Assembly: GCF_006345805.1 (NCBI RefSeq) | Contig: NC_043002.1 | Coordinates: 12,214,001-12,278,000 of the forward strand | Direction of reading: 5' to 3' | Source: Octopus sinensis | Taxonomy: Eukaryota | Length of the DNA: 64,000 nt | Shown: positions 38,160 to 52,442 of the stretch, piece after piece | How the letters are laid out: each line of letters starts with the position of its first letter | How positions within the stretch are numbered: the first letter of the stretch is position 1 | Position numbers and translations under genes: made by a program | Notes under the pieces: generated by a model | Database searches by the model: none | What the model was told of the DNA's origin: nothing | The model's input: only the letters and a program-made list of their open reading frames with translations

Positions 38160-38545
38160 AAAATGGATACCAAGACCTGAAAAATGTTGACAATATACAG
38201 AGCCTTACACCCTAAGAGTGACACCGATAGACTGTACTTGTCCAGAAGAACGGGTGAAAGAGGTTTGATCAGTTGCCAAGACTGTATCGAAGTAGAGGAA
38301 AACTGCTTAGTGTGGTTTATTAAAAAATACCGTGGAGCCATTGTTGAAACATACGAAGAAGACCGGTGTCATCCAAACTGAAAATTGGGTTAGGGAAAAT
38401 TTAAACAAGAAATGAACAAAAGTAAAAAAAAAAGGAAAAGCATAGAAAGAAAAAAAATGTACAGTGAGTTTTCTAAAGATGTGAACAGTAAGACATACAG
38501 AAGACCGGTGGCTATGGATGAGGAGGGGAATTGGAGGGGCGCTAC
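38160..38545 (+). mobile_element. R4/Dong-clade RT thumb-region fragment
   Basis: ORF 38184..38381 contains ALHPKSDTDRLYLSRRTGERGL, the same motif as MHP.KADADR in the 4150 copy. Confidence 0.7.
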
Positions 38546-39443
38546 ACGTCAGCCGAATCCGAGTGTTTTCTATTGATTTTTTCCTAAAACCTGAGGATAC
38601 GAAACTAAAGAGGCTTGAATAACAAAATTCTGGCCCCCGTGAAACGAAATCTGTTTACGGAATCTTCACGATCGGAAACACGTTTACAACACAGTAAGTG
38701 TGCACACTCTGTTAGACTGCTCGACTTGCTAGAAATAACAACGAAATCTTTCTCGAAGTACAACGAAACGGATTTTAATATGGAAGGAAGACGATGAGTT
38801 CGAAGACCTTCGTTCACTAAATAGAATATGTGATTATAGAAGAATGGAAAAAGGCCTAGGAATATTCTCTTTTCATGACATGAGTATTTGCATTTTCACA
38901 AGCACCAGCATACACATACATGCACACACATATACAAAACCACACACACATGCCCATACATACACATATACACACATACCCAGGATAGATAGGATATAAC
39001 TGTATATAATGTGCTAAGCGAACATATATAATCTTTCTCTAAATTTTATATACTATACCTTTATAATATAATTCAATATATACACAACATACTTTTATAT
39101 ATAATGCATCGAATAATGTACAATTTTCGAATGCATTTGCTAAGGATATATATATATATGTGAGTGTGTATGTATGGATGTGTGTGTTTGTGTGTGTGTA
39201 TGTGTGTATATATGTTCGTGTGTGTGCCCGCATCTATGTATGTTGACATGTATACATGTATGCATATATATATACAATTATACATATATATGTATATGTA
39301 TATATATACATACAGATATATACATAAATATATATATATATATAGTCTGGAATAAAAATGTATTCCATTAATGTATGTAATACACACGATATATATTTTC
39401 TTCATCTGTCTGCCTGTCTGTCTGTCCGTCTGTCTGTCCGTCC

Positions 39444-39475
<32 letters not shown>

Positions 39476-40489
39476 ATGTCTTTCCACAGGGAAGCGTGTG
39501 TGAAAAAAAGATATACATTATTTATAAATAATATGCATGAATATATTTTCACATCGTGTATATGCGTGTATAAAATAGACGGCGGACTGAGTATATATAA
39601 ACGTAAGCGTTCATTATATACGTATATTTAATTTTTTTCCATACTCTATAATATTCATGCTGTCTTCAATATTTCTCCTATTTCTTTTATATTAGGCATA
39701 AATGAAAATCTAGATACTCTTGTACACACACACACACACATATATGCATGTATATGTTTATATATACACTCATACACACATGCATATACATATACATATA
39801 TATGTATGTATGCATGTATAGACATTACATCATATCCGTTATGTTATATGTGATATGTATAAATAAAACATTATTTCTGAAATATTTTTTTCTCTTTTCA
39901 TTATATATTTATAACACAAGATATTTTTGTTTAATCAAACATAGCGGATAATTTTCGCTGGATTTCCATATATTTCTTTTATAAACATCGTATTTTTCTT
40001 TCCAAGCAGCCTCTCTCTCTCTCTCGCTCTCTCTCTCATTTTTTTATATATGTATCCAATCCAGCTTATATATTCGCATTTTTTTCTCAACTTTGATGTG
40101 CTTATACGAATACAAACTCACACATATTTTCATATATGATATATAAATATATTTCAGGTTTCGCGCTGGTCTACATATCTTTTTTTTTTAAGTGTATGTA
40201 CATTTACATGTAGTTCGCTTATAATATCATGGGTGAAATATTGTAAATGCTTTTTTTTTTTCTCCAACCGTTAACTGTATTTTTCTGAATATAATTGAGA
40301 CTCGCGCCTCGTTGAATATAATGTGCATAATCAATTAACAAACGTGAATAAAGTAATATAATATCATAGATTTATATGAGTCTATACGTATGTATGTATG
40401 TATGTACACACACACAGACACACACATATATACATATATATATATATATGCTTATATATATAAATGTGTGTGTATATATATATGTTCCT

Positions 40490-40902
40490 TTATTCTTTTA
40501 TTTGCTTCTGTCATTTGACTGCGGCCATGCTGGAGCACCGCCTTTAGTCGAGCACATCGACCGCAGAACTTATTCTATGAAAGCCTAGTACTTATTCTAT
40601 CGGTCTCTTTTTGCCGAACCGCTAGGTTATGGGGACGTAAACACACCAGCATCGGTTGTCAAGCGATGCTGGGAGGACAAACACAGACACGCAAACACGC
40701 ACACACACACACACACCACACACACACACATGCATAATACCACGGGTTTTATTCAATTTCTGTCTACCAACTCCATTCACAAGCCTTTGGTCGAGCCGAG
40801 GTAATGGTAGAAGACACTTGCCCAAGGTGTCACGTAGTAGGACTGAACCCAGAACCATGTGATTCGTAAGCAAGCTACTTACCACTCAGCCACTCCTGCG
40901 CC
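40490..40902 (-). mobile_element. SINE family A
   Basis: Full-length copy by eye alignment to the other copies. Confidence 0.85.
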
Positions 40903-43900
40903 GGTTAACTAGTTTCGATGGCGTATAAGTGCGTGAGGTCACAATTCTCCCTTGAAAGAGAAACCGGTTTGGGGCTGAGTCCAAGGCCACCAGTTTTGAG
41001 AAGTCAACTACATCGACCCAATTACTTTATTTCATCGACCCTGAAACGTTGACATGTAAAGTCGACTTCGACGTGATTGGAACTCTAAACTTGAAATGCC
41101 AGATGAAATACGACGGATTGGTATAATCGGGCTTTGAGATCTCGACATGTTTCGCCTTTATTGTTTCTCTTCAGACAAATCTACTTCTGACTAGTGAACC
41201 ATTCGCTGTTGCCTGATGATGCCTAACAAACTGATAATAATGTGTTTACGTTAGAATCTGTTGATGTTCGAAACGAGTTCACATTTGAGTCCGTCAGAAT
41301 CTATAGAGAATAATAAACTACGTCTTTTGGTCGGATTCTCACTGTTCAACGTACACCGGGTGCTTTATTTCAAAGAGGATTTATCCTCATGTTAAAGTAT
41401 TTCGAATATGTTTTACTGTGACAGTTTTGCTTGAAGAGTATATAATTGGTGTTGGGTTTAATTAAGAAAGACGAAGTTTAATTTGTAAATATCTCAGTAA
41501 TAGACTTTTCAGTGATTTTTGTTCTTTGGTTGGAACCGAATAAAGAACATTTTCTATGTTTCTTGGTGATTAGATTGTTATCTCACAGAAACGTTCTGTA
41601 CTGAGTTATGTCACTTGCGAAGTGATGTCGAAAACATCTTATCAGAAGAAGAAAAAAAAATTATCATACTTTGGCTTCGAGATTTTTAGATTCCAAGTGG
41701 ATGCTTCAATTAGCTTATCTCGCCGATATTTTTGTTTTATTTTGTTTGTTTCTTTTTTCTTTTTTGGCAATAAATGATTTAAATATCTCTCCATAAGACT
41801 GTGATCAAGCAATTATTGGTTTAATGGAGAAATTAAAATGTGTTTGAAGAAAAGCTCCAAATGTTTAAAGAAAAGTGGAACGAGGAAAATAAAAAAACTG
41901 CATTTTTTTTCTTCAGCATTTATTTTATTGAATGTAGATTAAAGTAATAATTTTAATGATGTTCCGAAGATTATCTTAAACCATCTAACAAATTCTTTGA
42001 AAGAATTCAATCAGTTTATTCAAACAGAAGATACCAAGAAATAAATTTGGGTGCGAATCCCATTTACGAATGCTGACGTTAAAGATTCTTTTGTTCATCA
42101 AGTTATTTGTCAACATTAATACATTTAAAGAAGAGTTAAGAGAAGTCCACGATTCTATGGCAGATATAACATCAAATAAAAATGTTGAATCCATCAGTAA
42201 AATTGTATGGAATGTTAATAAAAAAAAAAAAAGTACGTTGAAAATTAAGCAATGAAGGTCGCTATTTTCCTGGCCGTATTTGTGTGAAACTATGTTCCCG
42301 TCCCTGACAAAGACAAGAATATCGAATGCCGACATTCAATACAGTCGGAATAGGATTTAGGAAATATCTTATCGAAGATTAACAGATTGTGATAACTTTT
42401 TAAACTTGTCCAAAATCGTATATCTCGTTTAATTGCGTTTATCTGCATATCATCATTTCATTCACCATTCATATGACTAAACGGAGCCTGATTCTACAGA
42501 TTATAGAAGCAGAAATTTTGGTGCATAAAATGCTGGAATATTGCCACTGCTTCACAAGGTTGCCGGAGCTGCAAAACTTATATCAATCACCAGAATATCA
42601 ATCTGGTAAAGAACATTGCCATGTGTTCTACGACCTTTAATGACATTACCAAATTGCCACTGATTCCATATGCATATTCATACTGCCATATTCGTGGTGC
42701 ATAACTCTGCGTGGTAAATGTGGATATCTCTATTGAGTGATGTCTGCTGGAACCATATGAAACTATAATCATTACAGCCGGAATTATCTAAAAAATCATC
42801 TCATAGTTTCATGGATGTTAGGTAAAGACTTTTGAAACCTCACCATTAGTGACAGAATAATGGATGTGTTCAGAATTTTCAAAGACCCTGGCTCCCTCAT
42901 ATTATGAAATTTTAACTCATAATACTCAATGATTCCAAACTGTCTTTTTGAAAAAATAAACTTTATTCTGTTACAATAAATACAGTTATTATATGACTGG
43001 TGATAGCCCGGGCTATAGTTATGTATATGGAACTTAAAAAATCATTTTTGTGAAGTTTATCAACACGGATTTTCATAAGATATCCTCGAAAAATAAAATT
43101 CTTAAATCGGCATATCCTCATAATTGTGTAATTAATAGGATTTTCTCAATTAGAGATTTCATTTTCCATGCAATAAAACTTATTTTTAGTATCTAGAGAA
43201 GTTTAAAAAATATCAAACGAATGATAGCAAATTATTTCCGTTTTATAATATTAAATCAGCTTATCTTCCTTAATTAAATTCAGTTCACCGGAATTCCTTC
43301 CAAAGCTAATTCGAACTCCCGATTCTGTGCATTATATGTACCCCACTTCGTTGTAGTATTCATAATCATTGGGCCTGAACTCAGAAACAGTAGCAAGCCG
43401 TCTCTCCTTGATTACTGCATTTAATCTCATAACCTGTAGTGGGCTGGCAAAAAGTTTAGATAAAATGGTTTACGGTACCGTCTTTGGACTGCTGCCATTC
43501 TGGAGCACAACCATGGAGTGTTTAATCAAATATATTAATCTAAATACTTTTTTTATGTTTGGTACTTTCTCTGTTGCATGCTCTTACAGAATAATTAAGT
43601 TGCAGGGAGGTAAACGAATCAACACCGGTTGTCAAGAGATGGATTGGAGTAAGATAGACAAACAAACACACACGCCCACACATACACACGCACACAAATA
43701 TATGTGTGTATATATATATATATATATTAATATATATATATATTATATATATATATATATACGGCAAAATGTCTGTGTGTGTGTCCTTTATACAAATCCA
43801 CAATTTTTTAGTTAGAGGACTCGCACTTTCTATGGTCATTCAAAACCGTCCAAGGGTGGTCGTGCTCATCGTTACATTTCCCTAGTTATCCTGCAAAGCC

Positions 43901-44914
43901 ATTAAAATATCAATAGAAGTGACTTTTTGTGAATTTTCTATCCAAAACCCAATCAAAATGCTCGAAACTTGATACGCCAATTGAATGCCAGCTAGCTGTA
44001 TGTGATTGGTCGGAGATTTGGACAGTACTCGCGTGTATTTGTGAACGCACGCAGCTGTATATGCATGCACTTGCACTATGACCCGGTGTTGCCGGGTCAT
44101 AGTGCTAGTATATTTATTTATATATATATATGTGTGTGTGTGTGTGCGTGCGTGTGTGTATGTATATATCGTTAATCAAATATATTCAATGAGAATACAA
44201 TGTAGTAAATTTTTAACAAGAGCTCTTAGACGGGAAATGTCTAAAACATTAAAGGTATTTTGACATTTAATGATAAGAGCGATTATATATTATATAAAAT
44301 AAGAGCAGGAAAATTACATCAAAAAATCATTACAGAAGATATACGTCCAAAATAATATTGCATTAATAGATAGATGTATAAATATATAAAGTATGATTAT
44401 TTAAAAGTTTTAAAAGCTTAAAATATCTCGATAGATATAAAGAGATTGAATTTCCGTGTAGTCAATCGAATGCTATTTAAAAATATATGAAAAAGATGTT
44501 GTTTAAAAATATTGTTTAAAAGTTACTGTCGTAAATATGCGTTTGTACAAACTTGTACTAAAAATTTTGTAGGAAAAATATACATCCGTGTTGTCTTCGA
44601 TGCAGTTTCTGTCTATCAAATTCACTCGCATAGCTTTGTTCAGACAGGGACTATTGTAAAACACTTATACCCCAGGTGCCACATACAAGGACCAAAATCA
44701 GAACCTAGTGGCTACCAAGCGATCTTCTTAGCCACACATCTTTCACAAAATGATAAATGAAACATTCCGTATAGAATAGTATGTTCATAGTTTCCTTGTA
44801 TCTTTCATGGAAGGTTTTATATATTTCGAGGTTTTGGTCGCCATACTAAATCTACAACCGTGAGTTAAAATTCGGAATGGTTAGCAATCACTTCTTTTCA
44901 TATTCCTGCGACAT

Positions 44915-45328
44915 ACTCTTTTACTCTTTTACTCTTTTACTTGTTTCAGTCATTTGATTGCGGCCATGCTGAAGCACCGCCTTTAGTCGAGGAAATCAAC
45001 CCCCAGGACTTATTCTTTGTAAGCCCAGTACTTATTCTATCGGTCTCTTTTGCCGAACAGCAAAGTGACGGGGACGTAAACACACCAGCATCGGTTGTCA
45101 AGCGATGTTGGGTGGGGGACAAACACAGACACACAAACACACACGCATATATACATATATACATATATACGTCAGGCTTCTTTCTGTTTCCGTCTGCTAA
45201 ATCTACTCACAAGGCTTTGGTCGGCCCGAGGCTATAGTAGAAGGCACTTGCCCAAGGTGCCACGCAGTGGGACCGAACCCGGAACCATGTGATTGGTAAG
45301 CAAGCTACTTAGCACTCAGCCACTCCTG
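44915..45328 (-). mobile_element. SINE family A
   Basis: Full-length copy with a (TACTCTTT)n tail. Confidence 0.85.
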
Positions 45329-46689
45329 CTAGAAATAGCAGCCGAAGCAACCCTGTTTGTTAAGACACTATATGAGAAAAGGATTATATTACAATGTAGT
45401 TATATTCTTGGAAAGAAAACAATGACAGGATGGTCATCGCTGGATAGCTAAGAAGATTAACTCTGGATTTAAATAACAACAACGATGCCTGAAGTTCTAT
45501 GAGGATTAGCTGTAGCAAAAACGCTGACAATACGTAATCCGTTGCATGGTTTAACAACATCGTGTATCCCTCTCCATGGCATTCATAGAAGCCACACTTT
45601 TGCAAGCAAACAGGCTCGGATGCTTAGGATAATGACCCGCCTAATTTTCACTCTTGAAGGCGTGAAGCCTAGTGGTTAAATTGTTCGGTTCATGAGTTCG
45701 TTCGATCAATTCTTGGACCAGACAGTGTGAACTGGAATAAACAGTAGCGTAGCGGGGTAAAGTAGTGCACTCCACTCCAGAGCTGCTTTTTTTGAGACAG
45801 CACTTTTGGGTTTGCGCTATACATTTCGAGAACCGTTAGTGGGGTGGCGGAAAACTCAAGGGCTGATCCAGGTAGCACACACGTTAAGAACACAATCGTA
45901 AAGCACCTGATTTCACGTTGCTCAGGTTTATTCACCTTTCATCTGAGACTTTCTGGACGATCCACCAGATTATTACTGTAGGGGTGAAGGAAATATCTGT
46001 CACTTCTTCAGACTACATAACCTCCTAATCCAGTGGGTGAAATCCTGGGACATTTTAGCAAACCACATTCGTTTTCTAGTGACAGCGGGTTACGCTATAC
46101 TTTTGCGTGTCTCACATCACTCTTATCACCACCATCAACCCCAGGAGACATTCGTCTTGAGTCGTTGGACTCATAAGCCCGGTTACTCGTTTTTCAGAAT
46201 GCACAAAACCCCAAGATCACAATCCCACCATCATGAACGATCCGACAGTTTGACGTTGGGTTACTCATTTACAGCTGAGAGAACCTGAGGCAACTTGAAA
46301 TGAAATGATTTTCACAAAAGCATAAGGCACCGGCCACTCTGGGAATTGAAACAGCATTTTTGCAACTGTGAGTACAACACTTCAATTTCCTAAGCCACGA
46401 ACTTTCACACCATATTCAGAAGTCCTGAAAATAGTTACCAGCACTGCCGTTTCCTCGTCATGTACATAACCAACAATGAAAAACTGTAACCAGACTCACC
46501 ACATTGAAGTGTGGTGTGCAGTTTTATCAACACAACTCTAGATAAAACTGATACTATCTACGCACGTTGATAGAATGAGACACCCATGGCAACCGTTAGT
46601 TATCTCTTTGGTAAACTCTATTATCTCACAATATGAATATCGTATGAGTGTGTGTGGGTCTGCGTATGTGGAAGCGAGATAAGTATAGA

Positions 46690-47480
46690 CATATATGTAT
46701 ATCAGGGTGTATGTATGTATTTATCTATATACGTATGTATGTGTATGTATTTATGTATGTGTATATATATATATACGTTTATGTATATATGTATCTATGT
46801 ATTTAAGTATGTATGTATGCATGTGCATATATTTACGCATACGTATATATGTATGTGTACGTATGTATGTATGTGTGTGTATGTATGTATGTGTATTTAT
46901 GTATGCATGTGTGTGTATGTACGTATATGTATGTATGTGTACGTGCGCATGTATGTATGTATGCATGTATATATGTGTGTGCTTGCGTGTGTATGCATGT
47001 GTGTATGTATGTATGTATGTATGTATGTATGTATGTATGTATGTATGTATGTATGTGTTTCTATTTATGTATGTATGTATGTATGTGTACGTATGTATGT
47101 ATGTGTGTGTATGTATGTACATATATGTATATATGTATGTGTACATGCGCATTTATGTATGCATATATATATGTGTGTGTGCTTGCGTGTGTATGCATGT
47201 GTATGTATGCATGTATGTACGTATATATGTATGTATGTGTTTGTATTTATGCATGTATGTGCATATATGTACGTATATGTATATATGTATGTATGTATGT
47301 ATGTACGTATGTGTGTGTATGTATGTACGTATATGTATATATGTATGCATGTATGTATGTAGGTATGTATGTGTGCTTGCGTGTGTATGCATGTATGTAT
47401 GTATGCGTGTACGTATGTGTGTGTGTGTGTGTTTGTGCGTGTGTGTAGGTAAATATGTTTGCCTGTGTGTGTGTCTATAT
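46690..47480 (+). repeat. (TATG)n-derived satellite with ~200-bp higher-order period
   Basis: Marker gcttgcgtgtgtatgcatgt at 46981, 47181 and 47375. Confidence 0.9.
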
Positions 47481-47774
47481 GCGTGTAAACAGACATAATA
47501 ATATAGACGAAATGACGATTGAAAGGAAATCAGGTACACACACATCCACGCACACACACATATACACACGCACGGGCACACACTCTCACACATACAACAC
47601 GCTTACAAACGCATACATACACGTGTATCCATATATGTTTGCGTGCCTGTCTATATGCGTGTTTTCGGCATACGTGTGAGTGCGTGCATGCGTGCGTGTG
47701 TGTGTGTTGTATGTATGCATGTGTCTCTGCATGTGTACGTGCAAAATAGAAATTATGTCAGCATTATATATACA

Positions 47775-47782
47775 TCTATCTG

Positions 47783-47872
<90 letters not shown>

Positions 47873-47873
47873 C

Positions 47874-47925
<52 letters not shown>

Positions 47926-47969
47926 GTCTGTCTGTCTGTCTCTCTGTCTGTCCGTCTTTCTCTCCCTCC

Positions 47970-48035
<66 letters not shown>
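47775..48035 (+). repeat. (TCTA)n then (TCTG)n, (CT)n, (TA)n compound microsatellite
   Basis: Direct reading. Confidence 0.95.
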
Positions 48036-48341
48036 TCCATACACACACACACGTACAGACACTGACACACTCAAAGTGATACTGTGTAGAGCCAGTTCGA
48101 TCGTTCTCAATAAATAACTAGATAAACAAAAAATTGAAAAAAAAACCAGCATCTATTGATCTTCTGCAAGTGTCTGTGGATCTTGATGCTTTGACTGACG
48201 ATGTCTAATTGCTGTGTTTATCTCCCTGTAGGAAACTCTCATGTCCACCACCACCATCACCACCACCACCACCACCATCACCACCGTCGCTAATGGCATC
48301 ATAATCACGCCAGCAGCAGCAGCAGCAGCAGCAGCAGTAGC

Positions 48342-48376
<35 letters not shown>

Positions 48377-48822
48377 CAGCAGTAGTAGGAGCAGTAGTAG
48401 TAGTAGTAGTAGTAGTAACAACGTAACCACCCGACCATCACTACCATCATCAACCTCATCTTTATTATTAGTGTTTGCATTTATCATCAACAGATATTAA
48501 CTTATATACACCACCGGCCATACATCATCATCGTCGTCATCATCATCATCATCATCATCCTAATCACCATCATCATCATCGTCCATATCATCATCACATT
48601 CATTTTCTCCACCACCTCCTCCTCCTCTTCTTCTTCTTCCTCCTCCTCCTCCTCCTCCTCCTCCTCGTCGTCATCGTCAGCGTCATCGTCAGCGTCATCG
48701 TCGTCGTCATCACATCATCATCATCAGGATCATCATCATCATCATCAGGATCATCTTCATCATAATTATCATCATCACTATTATCATCCTTATCATCAAC
48801 GCCATCAATCATCAACATTATC

Positions 48823-48855
<33 letters not shown>

Positions 48856-48974
48856 CTCATCGTCGTCATCATCATCATCATCATCATCATCATTATCATT
48901 ATCATCATCATCATTATCATCATGAACATCTCTATCATCATCATCATCATCACTGTCAACGTCACCACCACCAC

Positions 48975-49009
<35 letters not shown>

Positions 49010-49519
49010 TTATCCTCACCGTCACAATAACCAGTATTTAGCAACAGCAATAACAACAACATCAACAGCAGTAACAGCAGCACCAGCAGCAGCAGCTTCA
49101 GACTGAGCCTTTCACCTTCACCTTGGTCAACTATCCCAGCAAACTATTACTCCATTATCTTATCGTATCTCATCATCTATGAAATACCAGTTGTTATCTC
49201 ATTCTCCAATCTGGCATTTACAAAATCCCATCTCCCTCTCTCCCTCTCTCTCTCTCTCTCTCTCCCACACACACTCTCTCTCTCTAATATTTAAATAATA
49301 AAGTTTATTTATTGATTAGCATAATGAGAACAATGGGTGGTACCATAGTGTTGATTTGCAGATAATAAGCACATTAGAAATGCTACAGTCAGTAGGATAT
49401 ACTAATGTAATATAAGTGAGATATACGATAAGCTCTTTGCTGATCCTAATCTTGCTGGCGGAACTGCGTTCTCACCTCTACTTAACCAGTTAGCGAAAAA
49501 AGCCCACATACATACATAG

Positions 49520-49562
<43 letters not shown>

Positions 49563-49577
49563 CATTCATGGTTACAT

Positions 49578-49631
<54 letters not shown>

Positions 49632-50168
49632 TATATATGCATATATCTGCTGCTTCTATATAAAACATATCTCGATTTTCGATTTTATAGACGCCTTAAT
49701 TGTCATAAAATTTAAACACCATGTATATTACCCAGCATTATACACGCCGTTTTACCAGTATCTAGAAGTTTAATCTCATTATAATCCAAAGTATTACTAT
49801 ATAATATATTATTATCATTTTCTGTCTAAATAAATAGATAAAGAAAATTAATATAAAATATTTATGACGTAATTGTGCTTTCAATTTTTTTGTAACAGAG
49901 GGATGAGACCTTGTATTATGAAGCATTTTTACCACTGAGTTTCTAACAAAGAGACAAAAATATGTGCATTTAGTTTTAAAAACACGGTTTCCAAAGTTAC
50001 ACGGTTTCCATGGTGTGTACACGACCGAGATCACAACATTATCTTCTTAACACGATGCCAATCCGTTGTAGGGTTAATCATTTACAGCTGAATGGATGAG
50101 AGCAATGCGAAATGAAGCGTTTTGCTCAAGGACATAACGCACGATCTGGTCCAGTAAATAAAACCATA

Positions 50169-50441
50169 ATCGTGAGTGCAACAGATCGTGAGTGCAACGG
50201 ATCGTGAGTTCAACGGATCACGTGTGCAACGGATCGCGGGTGCAAAGTATCGTGAGTGCAATGGATCTCGAGTGCAACGGATCGCGAGTGCGACGGATCG
50301 CGCGTGCGACGGATCGTGAGTTCAACGGACCGTGAGTGCAACGGATCGCGAGTGCGACGGATCGCGAGTGCAACGGATCGTGAGTGCAACGGATCGTGAG
50401 TGCAAACGGATCGTGAGTGCAACGGATCATGAGTGCAACGG
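50169..50441 (+). repeat. 16-bp minisatellite (ATCGTGAGTGCAACGG) x ~17
   Basis: Direct reading. Abuts and replaces the head of a minus-strand SINE D. Confidence 0.95.
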
Positions 50442-51096
50442 TCCAACCTTGGATCCTGCGCTTTAAATATGTATTGTACAGGGTGCAACAAAACCTTCAT
50501 GATTCGCCACTCTTTACGAATGTTTCAACACCAAAGCCACAATGCTTAATGATCCAAGCACTACTGTAAACAGCGGAAGAGATCTAGAACGTTAAAACTT
50601 AGTACGCAGGCACGGCAATATTTAAGGTCAACCTGTGCCCAGCGGCTTTAACCTGCGTGCTTTAGCTTCGCTACTATGGCAACAGTCCGGATGCATATAA
50701 GAGTGTTGGGAGTTCCCAGTAGTATTTCAAGAGTTCATAAAATAACTTTGTACTCGATATATTTATTGCAAGAAGCAACAAGGTTTCGTTCCCTAGCATA
50801 GTTCAACATGTTTCCAGTCAGTTAGTGGCTATTACAAACCTTCAAAAGTGAACGTGAGAAAAACAAAATAGTTTGAAAGACCTTTACAAACCTAATATTT
50901 AAAACGTTGAATGGCTTGTGGATGACCACCGGAATAAAACAGCAATGAAAGCGGTCCATTGAAAGGATATTTGAGAACCAGTGATCTAAATCCTATTAAT
51001 AACTAAATAAACGAAAATGATTAAAAATTATAATTTATGTTTGCGCGATAACAAATGGCCTAAATTCACTGTTACGACAGCAATGGTTATGCAATG

Positions 51097-51490
51097 TGAG
51101 GATGCATGGATCAGTGGTTAGAGCGTCAGGCTAACAAGCCTAAGGTAGTGAGTTCGACTTCCGAACCAGGTGTGATGTGTTCATGAGCAAGACACTTTAT
51201 TTCACGTTGCTGCACTTCACTCAGCTGTAGTAATGCGTTGCAACGTTATTGGTGCCAAGCTGTATCGACCCCTTTGTCTTTCCCTTGGATAACATCAGTT
51301 GCGTGCAGAGGGGAGGCTGGTATATATAGGAGCGGCTGCTGGTTTTCCACAAGTAACCTTGCCCGGACTTTGTGCCTCGGAGGAGAACTCCCTAGGTGCA
51401 ATCCCGTGGGCATTCACTGCCTTTCAATTAAGTAAAATGGAAGAGATTTTTTTGTCGCAACTTGTTCACGGAAGTTTTCGCCATGACGCT
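51097..51490 (+). mobile_element. SINE family D (tRNA head plus gagcaagacactttatttcac..ctcagctgta core); other copies at ~45655-45950 (+), 46200-46395 (-), 50040-50200 (-)
   Basis: A box tggatcagtgg and B box gagttcgacttcc. The central domain resembles conserved-core SINE domains; family not assigned. Confidence 0.65.
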
Positions 51491-51582
51491 ACACTCTCTA
51501 GCAACGCTGCCTTAAGACACATTCAGCTGTTGCTGAGAGATCCCAAGGATCAGAGACTGAACGCTAATCAATATAAAATACC

Positions 51583-51815
51583 TATTTATTTACTACCCAC
51601 AAGGGGCTAAATGCAGAGGGGACAAACAAGGACAGACAAACGGATTAAGTCGATTACATCGACCCCAGTACGTAACTGGTACTTATTTAATCGACCCCGA
51701 AAGGATGAAAGGCAAAGTCGACCTCGGCGGAATTTGAACTCAGAACGTAACGGCTGACGAAACACGGCTACGCATTTCGCCCGGCGTGCTAACGTTTCTG
51801 CCAGCTCGCCCCCTT
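51583..51815 (-). mobile_element. SINE family B (B2) with 13-bp TSD AATATAAAATACC
   Basis: Identical 13-mer at 51570-51582 and 51816-51828. Confidence 0.9.
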
Positions 51816-52019
51816 AATATAAAATACCCTGATATCAACAAATACCACCCTCGTTTTTCATACATATGGTATCGATAAAATAAGTTACCAGTGAAGTACT
51901 AATATCGATTTAATCAGTGTGCCCTCACTTTAAAATAGCTTAACTTGTACCCAGACTCGAAAGAAATTATCATTAGAAGAGATGAAGGCGGTGAACTGGC
52001 AGAATCGTTACCAAACATA

Positions 52020-52442
52020 GGCGTAGGAGTGGCTGTGTGGTAAGTAACTTTCTTACGAACCGCATGATTTCGGGTTCAGTCCCACTGCGTGCACCTTGGG
52101 CGAGTGTCTTCTACTGTAGCCTCGTGCCGACCAAAGCCTTGTGAATGGATTTGGTAGACGCAAACTGAAAAGAAGCCTGTCGTATATATGTATATGTATA
52201 CATATATGTATGTGTGTGTATATGTTTGTGTGTCTGTTTGTCTCCCACTCAGCATCGCTTGACAACCGATGCTGGTGTGTTTACGTCCCCGTGACTTAGC
52301 GGTTCGCCAAAGTGACCGATAGAATAAGTACTAGACTTACAAAGAGTAAGTCCTGGGGGCGATTTGCTCGACTAAAAGCAGTGCTCCAGCATGGCCACAG
52401 TCAAATGACTGAAACAAGTAAATGAGTAAAAGAGTAATGAGT
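52020..52442 (+). mobile_element. SINE family A nested in a SINE B copy
   Basis: Full copy. B head precedes it (~51986-52018) and the B body resumes at ~52446. Confidence 0.85.

Noticed and set aside
41985-42900. 116-aa ORF with AIESW..HPNLF, reminiscent of a MULE transposase C-terminus
   Set aside because: Only two short motifs; no DDE core or TIRs recognisable. A translated search would be needed.
42990-43350. Possible non-autonomous Helitron
   Set aside because: No clear 5' TC, 3' CTRR or subterminal hairpin.
50169-50441. CRISPR-like array
   Set aside because: Units are contiguous with no unique spacers, there are no cas genes, and the context is eukaryotic.
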